NCBI GenBank assembly: GCA_001179505.1
Contig: CDMY01000336.1
Location: 310,001-374,000, forward strand
Origin: Vitrella brassicaformis CCMP3155
Lineage: Eukaryota > Protista > Chromerida
Length of the DNA stretch: 64,000 nucleotides
Direction: 5' to 3'
The position numbers and the translations under genes were made by a program. The notes below the pieces were generated by a model, which had not been told where the DNA came from, did no database searches, and saw only the letters and a list, made by a program, of their open reading frames with translations. Position 1 is the first letter of the stretch; the number at the start of each line of letters is the position of its first letter. Below, piece by piece: positions 11,302-22,794 of this stretch.

Positions 11302-13280
11302 CTATTCTTCCTCCATCATATCATCATCATCCCCGTGGCCCTCCCCCTCGTCAGATGCGTCGCCAACACCACTGGCCGACCCCTCGCCACCGTCACTCTC
11401 CTCTCCCTCGTTTAAGTCATCCTCACTGCTATCGTCCGACGCCTCGCTATCACTCGGCCCCGCGGGCGGCTGGAATGCGGCAGCAAGAGACTCGAAGCCC
11501 CCACCGCTGCCCACATACCCCAGCTGCTGCCATTGGAACTGGCAGTCGCTATCGCCGAGGTGGGTGTTAAAGCCCTTGACCACCCCCTCCACACCGTGCT
11601 GGGCCGCCTCGTCCAGCCGGGCCCTGTGGACCACCTCACGCACACCCAACCTGCGGCCACTCACCCCGCCTGGGACGAAACACTGCAAGGGCGGTCCCCT
11701 CTTCATCTGCCCCTGGCTGTCCCTCTTCTTGCTGCCCCTGCTGCCCACCACCTGCTGATTGCCCGCCACCTGCAGCGACGCCGCACACTGAACAAACACA
11801 TCCATGGCCTTGTTGATGCGCCGGCCGAAGAGCGTCGCGTTGTGGACGGGGCGGGGCGTCTGCTCAAGTGCCGATGGGTCGACGAAAAATGACGCCACCC
11901 GCCACGCCACGCCGACATATCCCGACCGGCCAGCGGCCTGACGTCGCTATCGCCGTCTGCGGGCGACTCCGATGTGCCTTGCTCGATGGTGTTGGTGGGC
12001 TGGGGAGAGGGGGAGGGACAGGGCTGTCGGGGGAAGAGTGTGTCGAGCTGTATCTTGGTCATCTGGGGAAGGGCACACGTCAGCAGGGCCGCCAACTCGC
12101 GCTGAGGTCGCAGTGCGGCGTTGATGGCCGACATGGCAGCAATGGGCACCTCGTTGAGCACTGTGGCGTATTCGGTCAGCACCAGACGCCGACGACGGCG
12201 GTCTCGCTCAGTGGCCGTGCGGAGCCGGGCGATGTTCGCCCCCGCCTGCAGCAGCACAAGGATGGTGCTCTTGAGATGGGGAATCTCGCTGGTGGCTTCG
12301 TCCTTGTCTGCCGCCTCCGTAGTGTCGTCGTCTAGCAGCTGAGTCTGGTCATCGAGCCTCCTGGCAGCCTCCGAGAGGGGCGTGCGGCTGGGGTCATTGA
12401 ACCTCCCTCTGTTGATGTCAGTGGCCGTGAGGCGACGGCATAGGGAGGCAGCCACACGGTGGGAGCCGGAGTATGCCGCACAGTGCAATGGCGTCCAGCC
12501 ATCGTCGTCCACTGCCGTCATGTCCGCCCCATTGGCCACCAGCAGGTCGAGGTAGCTGTCGATGAAGGACTGGGACCACACGGGACGGGTGAAGGCCACC
12601 CAATGTACCGGATTGCCGCTATACCGTGCATCAGTCTCGGCTGCGAGGGTGGGGGCGCGATCGAGGAGCTGCTGGTAGAAGGACAGCAAAGTTGCCTCGT
12701 GGTCCTCGGTGGGTTTGTCCGTCTCCAACGTGGCTGGCAGGTCCAGCACCTCTCGCCCATGCAGCTGCAGCCCATCCTGCGTCATGAGCAGACGGAAGGC
12801 CGTCTCGTTGCAGGATGCGATGGCCACACGGACGGGCGTGGCACCCGGGCAGTCGTCCCCGTCCTCGTCGGTCGGGATGGCGTTGATGTCCGCACCTTCC
12901 TCAATCAGGCTCCGCATGACGCCCTCCTGCAGGCCGCGGGTGCGCCACAGCGGCAGAGCGACGGGAACGCGCCGATCATCGCCGTCTGCTGCCGAGATGG
13001 ATGAGATGCGGTACTCGGTGAGGTTGTCAATGCACAGCGACAGCAGCGGATAGTCTTCATGGAAGGCTGTAGTGCCCTCCATCCGCAGCTGGGGCTGCAC
13101 ATTGGGGTCGGCTCCCTGCTGTCCAACGAGGTCCGTCGCTTGCTGGGCTCGGGCGATGTTGCGGCACAGGATGCCCTCTGACAGCTGTCTGGTCTCATTG
13201 CTGATGCCGGGAGGGACACCGGCGTCGAGTTCGTTGCCCGCCAACCACCCAGGGGGCAGATCATGGGTGCCCTCACTCAT
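11302..13280 (-). CDS. Intronless ankyrin-repeat protein of a lineage-expanded family, with an apparent frameshift near 11911 (possible pseudogene or sequence error)
   Basis: The ORF from MSEGTHDL (13280) has ankyrin-like repeats (TPVRVAIASCNETAFRLL, NPVHWVAF, DDDGWTPLHCAAYSGSHRVAASL, RTPLSEAA). A second frame (11302-11910: VAWRVASFF...VREVVHRARLDEAAQHGVEGVVKGFNTHLGDSDCQFQWQQLG) reads as the natural C-terminal part. Confidence 0.75.
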
Positions 13281-13594
13281 TCGCCTGCACCACCGCACAG
13301 GAAAAACACTCATTCGCATCGAAGCACCAGCCCCCCTTCGATCTCCATGTTCTTTGTGTGCATACTACCTCAGTGTCTGGCCATCTAAGTGCGCCGCATG
13401 AGGTCAACGCGGTGCGGCGCCATCGCCTCGCGTATCACTCCCGACTATCCGTCTGTGGGGATGATTCAATGGCGAAGATGAAGACGAAGCACACAAACGC
13501 TGACAAACGCGACGAGAGAGAGAGCGGTTTCACGGAATGTGGCCGGAAAGTGCGAGCTTGGCTGCAACAGATCTGCCTCTGCCTCTTCATTTCG

Positions 13595-14317
13595 ATGCTG
13601 TTGCTTGTGGTGCCGATAGCCCTTGGCCTCCTCGGCTGGGCATCGGCGTTTCTCCCCTCCCCCTCCCACCCCGCATCATCGTCACCTCTCATCCGGCATG
13701 TGCCCGACGCCCTCGCCAGGGCGAGACCGCTGCACGCGACGGTGACGGAGATGGACCTTTCAGACAAGAAGACCTTGGGGGACGCCAAGTTCGCTGAGTA
13801 CAAGGCGAGCGTGGCCGAGCCGATGACCATCGTCAACTACTGCACCAGCTGGGAGGACAACTGCAAGGCGCTGACACAGGCCATCGACAAGACCGACCTG
13901 CCCGACACGCATGTGCTGCGTCTGCCGGTCAAGAACTCTCTGCTGATAGCCAAGAGCAAGCAGGCGCGGCGGCGGCAGACTCGGATGCTCAACAACATGA
14001 AGCAGGTGCGGCACCACCAGAACGCCATAAAGATCATGCTGGAGCAGGAGATCTCCTACGGCACGGGGGACGTGCCGACCCTCCAGTTCATCAAGAAGGG
14101 GTCCGACGATGTGGTTTATGAGGTGAATGGCGCCACGGCAGCCAAGCTGCAGGCCATCTGTGAGGGCTCGGACGCGCCGGCGGAGGTCAAGGCGGTGCTG
14201 AGCAAGCTGGCGCCCGTGATTGCTGAGGAGCACCAGGCCATCCAGGAGGCCAAGCCGAAACCCAAGGACTACGGCTACGTGTATTACAATCCCAAGTTCA
14301 GGCCAGCTGTGAGATAG
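13595..14317 (+). CDS. Intronless, probably plastid-targeted thioredoxin-like protein lacking the canonical CxxC
   Basis: Signal peptide MLLLVVPIALGLLGWASA|FLPS followed by an S/P/R-rich transit-like segment. Trx-fold-like elements TIVNYCTSWEDNCKAL (cf. VVDFYAPWCGPCK) and GDVPTLQFIKKG (cf. cis-Pro loop VPTxxFFKxG). Strong GC3 codon bias in the mature part. Confidence 0.6.
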   Translation: MLLLVVPIALGLLGWASAFLPSPSHPASSSPLIRHVPDALARARPLHATVTEMDLSDKKTLGDAKFAEYKASVAEPMTIVNYCTSWEDNCKALTQAIDKTDLPDTHVLRLPVKNSLLIAKSKQARRRQTRMLNNMKQVRHHQNAIKIMLEQEISYGTGDVPTLQFIKKGSDDVVYEVNGATAAKLQAICEGSDAPAEVKAVLSKLAPVIAEEHQAIQEAKPKPKDYGYVYYNPKFRPAVR

Positions 14318-14783
14318 ACAGACAGACAGACGGTCGTGGGGGCCGTCATGTTACTACTGTTGGTCTGTCAATGAAGCTGACTGACTGGGTGGATGAGTGG
14401 TGGGTGGGTGGGCGTGGCTGTGGGTGCCACTGGATGATCGATCTGTCTCTTGTGACACTGATAGACTGGTGTGTCTGTGTCTGTCTGTGGGAGTGAACGA
14501 TAGGGCGCCAGTGCGTGTCCATGGGGATTCAGCTTCTTTCCCAGGGCAGCCAGTGACGGCCGACAAGGACCCCTCAGAGAGGCATGGACGGCTCATGTCT
14601 GACTGACCCCTCTCATGCAACTCAGTTGTATTGATGCGGCCGTGAATGAACCAAGTTCAGTCATCATAAGTGCCTGCCTGCCTGTCAACATCACACTCAT
14701 ATCACAGCAGACCCCGGAGCCACACACTCACACACAAATAAACGTACAGAGCAGCCACATGGAGCACGGCAGCAGAAAAGAAA

Positions 14784-17700
14784 TCAGTACATCCTGACAT
14801 CGACGTTGAATCTCTCTCTCGCCACATTCACCAGACGCGCCGTCATCCGCTCCGCCTGTTGATGGAGGGAGGGGGAGCTCTTGGAGTGCAGCAACGCCTG
14901 TTGATGCGACGGAGACACCAGCATGTTCCCCCTCATGCTCATCCGCGGCAGGGGCGTCTGCGCCACCTGCAGGCGCTGCGGCAGGTCCTTCGCAGCCATG
15001 GGCGTCTTGAGGCCGCGGCTGAAGGCATTCATGCGGACTAGAGAGGTCATGTCGTCGTTTGTCACTTCTGGCAGGAGGCTCCGTGGCTTGTTGGCGGTGG
15101 GCTCGGGAGACACAGTGCTGGAGATGGAAAGCCGACCCCCCATGTACTCCTGCAGGTATGTGTCCGGGTGCTCGTCGTATGCTGGAGACGGCGACGTCCG
15201 CATGTTGACGGATGACGCCCCTGACGCGCATGACGGCGTCCTGCTCCGGCCGACCTTCCCGCCCGTCAGGCCTGTCGTCTGGACAGTCAGCTCGTTTCTG
15301 GCCGTCCCGCGGCTCTTGAAGCTGCCGGTGTTCCCGCCGCTAAGTGCCAGGTTGCGTGAGGTGCTCTTGTGAATGAGCCCCCTTGCGCTGCCGCTGGAAC
15401 TGGCATTGGAAGATCGGTCGTTCATGGGGCTGGCGAGCGATCCTGTGCTCTGTTGCCGCATCGTGACCTGGCTGCTGCGCCTTCGGGAGCTGGCGCCAAG
15501 GGCCGATATGCGGGACGGCCGTGAGGCAGTGGAGGACTGGGGTTGGACGGAGGCGGAGAGCCGCTGTTTGTGTGTGGGGTTGTGGAGGGCGAAGGCGCTC
15601 GGTCTGTTCATCATTGCCGACCTTTTCTTGTCTTTCTTCGCCTTTGTCGAGGCTGTAACGGAATGAGACACGCACAGTCATGTCATCTTGATGCGCCACG
15701 CCATGGATGGATGGATGTGTGAGTGCGCTGAGCTGACCAGGCCGCTTGATGACCGGTGTTTTTTGTTCTACTTTGGCTTCATCGACAGACTCGAGGAAGG
15801 GCCGCGCCCTCTCCACCACCTCGGTGGCCAACCCATGGACCGCACGACGCAGCGTCACCAGCCGACCCACTGCACGCCTGTATGGCATGGCATGGGTGGG
15901 GCAAGAGAAGACACAAACACACACATGTCGGCTCTTGGCTGACTGCCTGCCGGACTGACTGACTTGAATATGGCGGTGTGTTTGGCCGACGTGTCCACCA
16001 GACCGTATTCGGCACACAGTGCGCTCGCCTTCGCTGCGAATGTGAGCTGGGCTTTCAGCACTGCAGGCGGTGGCCACACAGCGGGGAAGGGACGGTCTGG
16101 GCCGCCGACACGCAGCGACCAAGACGCCCACAGCGCCCCACTGGCAGACCAATGCTGACGGTGGACCACAAAGACACAGACAAGCGCAAGAAGATGTCGA
16201 TGGACCGGCACAGTCTTACTTTAAGTTCTTGGTTTTCGTCCGCCGAAATGAAGCCTGGCGGACCTTTGGTCTCGGAGATCGACACTACCGGAGAGCTGTG
16301 AGCTTTGAAGGAGAGCAGCAGATGGACAGTGCCCCGCGTTTCATGATGCGGGTCCTCAGGCTCGTCTGCGAGAGCCTCCAGCACCTCGCTGGTCTCCATT
16401 TTCATCAGCACCTGGGTGGCCGCCCGCTGTATCTTGGGTTTCTTCTGCACCACCACACTCACGGTCTTCTTCCGGACACCCCCGACTGAGCTCTGCTTCC
16501 TGGATGCCCCGCCCTGCCGACTGCCCTGAGGGATGAAGCTCGGCATTCGCGATGAACCTCGGTTGGATGGGCTGCGGTTGGTGGGGCTGCCCAAGGGGGA
16601 GGAAGACGCGTTGGCGCCAGCGTTGAGGGCGCGGCGCTTCCTACGGGCCTCACGGGCATTCTGATGACATAAACACGCACATACATGGTGGTAAAAAGGA
16701 GACACAAGGATGGTTGGCTGCTGTGTCGCTGTGTCTGCAGGATGGTTTACTTACCTTTTGTTGCCTGGCGTGTTCGATCGACTCGGCGATGTCGATGACG
16801 TGGATGTAGCCGTACCTGTCTCCCACATACAGCATATCGTCAGCCACCACGTCCACATTGAACCAGCTGTCGACCATGTCGCACTCGACTGTCGGCGCGC
16901 TTGCTCCAATGGCACCGAAGCTCTCCCAGAGAGACGACTGGGCCCCATCCTGCGTGCCGCTCACCAGTGACTTGGAGGAATCGATGGCCTCGGGCGGTTC
17001 CAGCACGGCGAGCGACACCATGCGTGACCCCTTGGTCTCTTCGCTCTTCTTCAGAATCGACACGGTGGAAGGCACCGGGCTCTTCTGGGATGCTTCCACA
17101 GAGCCCATCGGCTTCGGCACGGGGAGGGTGTCAGGGGCCTTGGGAGGGGAGGGGGTGAGGCCGAAGCCAATCGAGGGTCTTCTGTCTCTCGCGGTTGGGA
17201 GAATGGGCGAGGCAACCGTCGACCCCCTCCTGGACGAGTCCCGCCTTCCCCTCCCCGGTGTCTTGATCGGTGAGAGGATCGACGTGCGTCCGCTGGGCTG
17301 GACACTGAAGGTGGTGGCCTCGTGCCGATGCTTGCCCCACAGATGGACGAAGAGAAACCTGGCGTCATCCTTCTTCTTGCTTACCCCAGGTATGAGCGAC
17401 GATCCCATGCCGCTCGCCCCCCTCTCCCCTCCGGGCTGTCGCCGCCTCGCCCGCACCAGATGCCCCATGCTCAACAGATCGTCTTGCTCCACAGACAGGT
17501 CATCGTGGACAGAAATCTTGGGCACTTGTGGGGCCGTGACAGGGGTGGTGTCCTTGTCTCTCTTCTTTGGAGAGCGTGTCAGGAGCGGCGATGAGGCCAG
17601 GTGCGTGAGGAAGGGGGAGTCGGGCGACGAGGAGGTCGACATGGACTCGCGCCTCTTGCTGTCGCCGCCGCCGCACGTGTGGATGCGATGCTCACATGCG

Positions 17701-20700
17701 CTGCAAGTCGCAGCGAGATTGATGTATCAGGCGGTCATCTGAATGGGAAGGTCTCTCTTACACGGAGGGCAGGGCGAGGAAGGTGGCTTTCGAAAATGAC
17801 AGGTACGCGGTGCACTCGATGGTCTCCTCCCTCGGCGCGTCCTTGAGCGGAGGGCTGCTGTTGTAAAAGGGATTCATCAGACCACCGGCAGTCAGCAAGA
17901 CTGTGTACGACTCGAGCTGAGACACACACACACACACACACACCAAGAAATGCAAGTGGAGGTGCTCCCCTGCGTGTGTGCTTCTCCGCTCACTTTGTCT
18001 TGTTGATTGATGGACGTCTGCCAGAATGTGAATGTGCCTTGGACGTCGATGGCATAAACAATGTCCCTGCCGCTGAAACCCACGTGCTGCAACTGAACGT
18101 GGGAAAACAAGGATACTGTGCGGTTTTAGTTGGGTTGCTGTCATTCTCTGTGGTGGTCAGTCACCTCTGCCGTCCGTTGCAACAGTGTCCCGCACAGCCG
18201 CCAGCGAGCCATGGAATACAGCTGCCAGGATGCCAAGGACACACTCACTGTACAGGTGCTGCACGTGCAGCACATGTCTGCCTATGCGTGGCGTGCTTAC
18301 GAGCACACTGCCATCCGAGTCGCCGGCAGCCATGCAGTCCCTCGTCAGTGAGAATGCGAGACACGTGAAGGCCGCCCCTGTGGGGTGGGCAAAGCTCCTG
18401 TCGCAGCCCAGCCTGTATCCCACGCGAGCAGCTCGCTCGTCCTCTTCCGCCTCATCCTCATCCGAGGGGCCCTGGTCCTGCTCGTCCTCGTCTTCTTCGT
18501 TATGCCCTTCTTTGTCTCTGTGTTGGTCCTCGGAACTGCTGTCGCTGCTGTTAGAGCCGTGGTCGCTGCCCTTGCCCACCTGATGAGTTGCGGCTTCAGT
18601 GAGGAAAGTGGGCGGGTGTGGGCTGATGGAGACACGGCGAGAAACTGGCTTCTCCTCTGCCTCTGCTGCAGGAGCAGCAGCAGGGACCGCAGGAGCAGAA
18701 GGAACAGCCCTGGCGGCCAGGATGTCCCCCTTGTCCGTCTTGACTTGATGGTGCTTGGGCCGGTCCTGCTGTCTCATGACGCCGCATGCTGACGTCGGTT
18801 TGTCTTCCGTCCACTCGAGCACATGCAGCCAGCCTTCGCTAGTAGCCACCAAGATGACGTTTTTCTCCTCACATGTCATGACGCGAGTGACCTGGGAACT
18901 CCTTTGAAATGGGAACTGCACAAACCGGGAGCTGGCCATGTTGGGGCGGTTGCCCAGCGGCGTGCTGGCGGCCGTGTTGCCAGACATGACTGCTTTCGTC
19001 CCTGCCTTCTTCTTGGCTGCCGGTGCGGGTGATGTGGCAGCCAGGCGGGCATCGGTGGCCGCTGTGTCGTCCGCGTCTCCCTTGTTGGCCGCAGGCTCAG
19101 GCGACGATTCCCCCTCAAGTTGTTTGGCGGCCGCCGTTATGAAGTCAGCTTCATTGTCGCCCTCCAACTGCATCGTCTTGTCTGCGTTTGAATTCAGCCT
19201 CGTGAGCGAGAAGGGCGTCTTGGACGTCTTGGATCGCTGTGGCTTGCGTTGCTGTCCGAAGCCGACAGCCGGGTCGACAGAGGCGGACCGCGACACAGCA
19301 CGCGTGGTCGGCTCTGAAGGTCCGACGCTCACAGGCAGCTGCTGGCCGGCGATGCTTGACCTCCTTCTCTTCATCTCTTGGTCTCGTTTCTTCTCGCTCT
19401 CTCTGGCTTTGCGTCTGCGTGAGTCCTCGATCGACGATGAGTGCTGGGCGGGGGCCTGTGTGGGGGAGGGTGGCGGGGCGGCGGGGCTGGTGTCCTCATC
19501 CAGAAGAGTCCGCGCAGGGATCCGGGCGATCTCAAAGCCACTGCGGTACTTGCAGAATCGGAGATTGCCCTGAACACAAACACAGAGAGAGAAAAATGTA
19601 ATCGCTTGTGTCGTGATTCTTGTCTCACTAGATGACCCTTCTATGGCCGATGATGATTAGGTTGTGCTTCTCGTCGACGGCGACACATGTGACGAAGTCC
19701 TACCAGCAAGTCGCGCCGCACGATGAATGCATATTGTCCCATGTGCGATTTGGTTACATTGATGCTGTTGTTTGGCAGTGTCCAGAGTATCCTTGCTGCT
19801 CCCCTGCTGCGGTTGTACACACGGTGCTCGAGAGATGTCATCGATGCAACCATACCTGTCCTAACCTCACACATACACACACAACTAGTAAACACATGCA
19901 CACACAACCTGCAACCGCACATACCTGGAGTTGAGTAGCCCCGTCAGCCAGGTCTTGGGGTTGTGAAAGACGTGCTCAGATGTGCCACGCAAACGCTACA
20001 AGGACAAGTATGCTCACATTATGCAGCATCTCACTCTGTGTCCGTGTGCTTGCTGTGCAGGAGTGACTCCTGTCTTTACCTGTGTCATCTCTCGAATCTG
20101 CTCCTGGTGTGCCGTCTCTGCGTTGTACCTCTCCTTGGGCACCTGCACTCTGGGCGTCGCCGCGCCCTCCCCCTCCGCCTTGTCCTTCCTGTCTTCCTGC
20201 TGCTGTCGCTTGCTCATGCCCTCATCGTCTTCCTTTGCCAAGTCATCCGGCCGCTTCAGCAGCTTGGCGAAATCCGCATTGCACTCGAAGACAGTCAGCC
20301 TGACATACAAAGAGCTCGCGAAGAATTCTGGAACATGTCTCACCGTTTGTGTCCTATGCTGCTTGGTTCACCTGCCGCCAGCGGTGATGATCTTGTTCTG
20401 CATGGGCGCGACGATGAGAAGTCTCGCAACCGTGGGCGCCCCAGCGAAGGTTTGCACGCAGGAGCAGAACTCGGCGTCCCAGGCCTTGATGACGCTACCC
20501 GCGTCAAGGGAGAAGAAAACGCGATGCGCGCTGGCCAGAGACAACACCTGGTGCTGATGGCCATAGCACTCCCCTGATAAATTGATAAATGGGAGACATG
20601 CAATTCATATGTGAATGAGCTGCCCGCGTGTGATTCGATGCATGCCTTTGCTCCCGAGAAAGTTCTGGTCGTCGAGGTGCCACACGCGCACAACCTTCTC

Positions 20701-22659
20701 GCAGCCCGACGAGACGAGGCTGGCGAATAGCGGCACGTAGGTGAGCGACAGCACCGCAGCACCACCCGACCAGATGATGGTCTCGACAGTCCAACTCCTT
20801 TGAAACGAATACAATGCCATACAGCACAACGAGAATTTTAGCCAGCGATCGCATAGTGTGGGTATCGGCGGTCCGCTCACCCACTATACGCCTACCTGGA
20901 GTCCCAGTATAGTATCTGCCTGTCGAGAGCACCGGTGATGAAGTGGACGCCACCCAGCTCCTGCAAAAGAAAAAGAAGTCTTCGTGCTTCTCGGTGAGCA
21001 TGCGGCACATCATTGGCTCACTTGGTACGCCGTCACCATGTTCGTGTGCGCAGTGAGGGTGCGAAGGGGCTCGACCGGGGCGTCATTCGCAGCCTTCATC
21101 ATTTCGATCTTCTTCGCCTTGTTATCGAACACACCTGCCTACCTTCACCAACACACAAGCCGACATCACAGTGAGACACGGTCGAAAGGGTTTGCTCGCA
21201 TACATCTTTTTTGAACGTGAGCGCTGCCTTTCGGGGGTCCCGTGTGGGCAGCTTCCAGATGGTCAGCTTGCCGTCTGTGCTGGCGGCGATCCACACCTGC
21301 CGCTGAGCGTTCCACCAGATGTTGCACAAGCGCTGAGTCACAAACACCTCCTGCCGCTGCACGATGGCCAGGACGGTCGTCGTTTTGCCGCCCCTGTTGC
21401 CACTCAGGTCCGTGTCATCGCCTTCCCTCGTTTCCTCCTGCCCCCCTTCGGTGAACGTCCCCCGCACTGACGTCATGCGGGTCCGCACCGTCTCCCATAT
21501 GATCAGCCGCCTGTTGGATGTAACAGCTGCAATATATCTCATCGAGTCGTCGAAGGCGACGGCCAGCGTGGATGTCTCGTCGGGCCTCAGGGGGTCCACC
21601 TTCAGCGAGGGCACCTCAGCATCCTCTCCTGTGCCCTCCTGCAGCACAGCCAGCATGTCCAACCGAGCCTTCTTGCTCTTGTCGGCCGACTCGTCTTCGT
21701 CTGACGACTGCGATTTGGATGCGCTCCCAACCACGGGAAGCGGCTTAGTGCTTGTGATGGTGTCTTGGGTGAAGGACGGCACGAGAGAGCGGACCTTCGT
21801 CAGCCTTGTGCCTGCAAGCGTCCAGAAAATGATCTCGGCGGTGGACTGCTCGAGGGTAATGAGCGACGCGGCGTTGGTGAGTGGCGGGCTGGACGGCTGG
21901 ACGGCCGAGGGGGGGATGGGGTCCGGGAGGGGGGATGGCAGGAGATAGACGTGAGTGGTGGGGGCCTCGTGCCGACAGGCATCTATGCAGCGCAGGGAAC
22001 GCATGAAATGGGGCTTCTCCTCCTCTTCGTTCTACCACAATTTGCAAGGCAGCATGCAGAATGAGTGAGACAGACAAGGGGGGTCGGGTCTTTGTTTGTT
22101 GCCTCACCTTCACAGTGCTCAAATGCAGGGCTTTCGGTCTAATGAATGAGTACAGCTCGTTGGAGCACTCTGGCGCTTCGAGGATAAAGTCGGTGACGTC
22201 CTTCCAGTACACCTCCTTTTGCCTCCCTCCCCTCAGACAGGTCATGTCATCAAACAGGTCGCACAGAGCCGCCACAAACCTCTCGACCGCATCATCAGGA
22301 CACATGCCCTGCCGCACGAGGAGGAGAACGAAGTCAGTGAGCGAGAGGCCCTCCGGCAGTCCGCTGAATCTCTGCTCGAGATCCGACAGGGCCGACGTGT
22401 GGATGTGGCTCAAGGAACTCTCTATCTCGTCGGGCAGATGGCGGCCCTTCTGACGAATGTAATGAACACATGCACCTGGCAAAATTGTGGAGGCTCAATT
22501 TCATGTACGCACCAGCCATGTTTCAGGTTTGTAGACAAGAGAGCTCCACTTGAGGAACCGCGCCCTGCCGGTGGCCACCAGGTGCTGGTAAGACGGCGTC
22601 AGGAAGAACTTGACCAGGCTCTCGTTGGATCCCTCTGTGGACTTTGTTGACAGCACCAT
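14784..22659 (-). CDS. Very large WD40-repeat protein with an N-terminal EF-hand-like region (WDR49/EFCAB8/WDY-like architecture)
   Basis: N-terminal SDLEQRFSGLPEGLSLTDFVLLL...LCDLFDDMTC...VYWKDVTDFILE resembles a degenerate EF-hand pair. WD40-like segments: VWIAASTDGKLTIWKLP, LVSSGCEKVVRVWHL, FTCLAFSLTRDCMAAGDSDGSVLV, LYVGDRYGYIHVIDI, FKAHSSPVVSISE...FISADENQELKV. Long S/P/R-rich linkers; stop at 14784. The start (MVLSTKSTEGSNE, 22659) is inferred from a GT-AG model. Confidence 0.7.
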
Positions 22660-22794
22660 TTCTGATCAACGAGTGATGGACGAACTGGAGAGAGAGTCTG
22701 GCGGCAGCTCCCCCCCAGCCGCCCCCAGTCTCGCCGGCGAGAACGAGAGGAGAGCGTTCTCCCTCAGTAAGCTGAGACGAGTCCAGAAAAGAGG

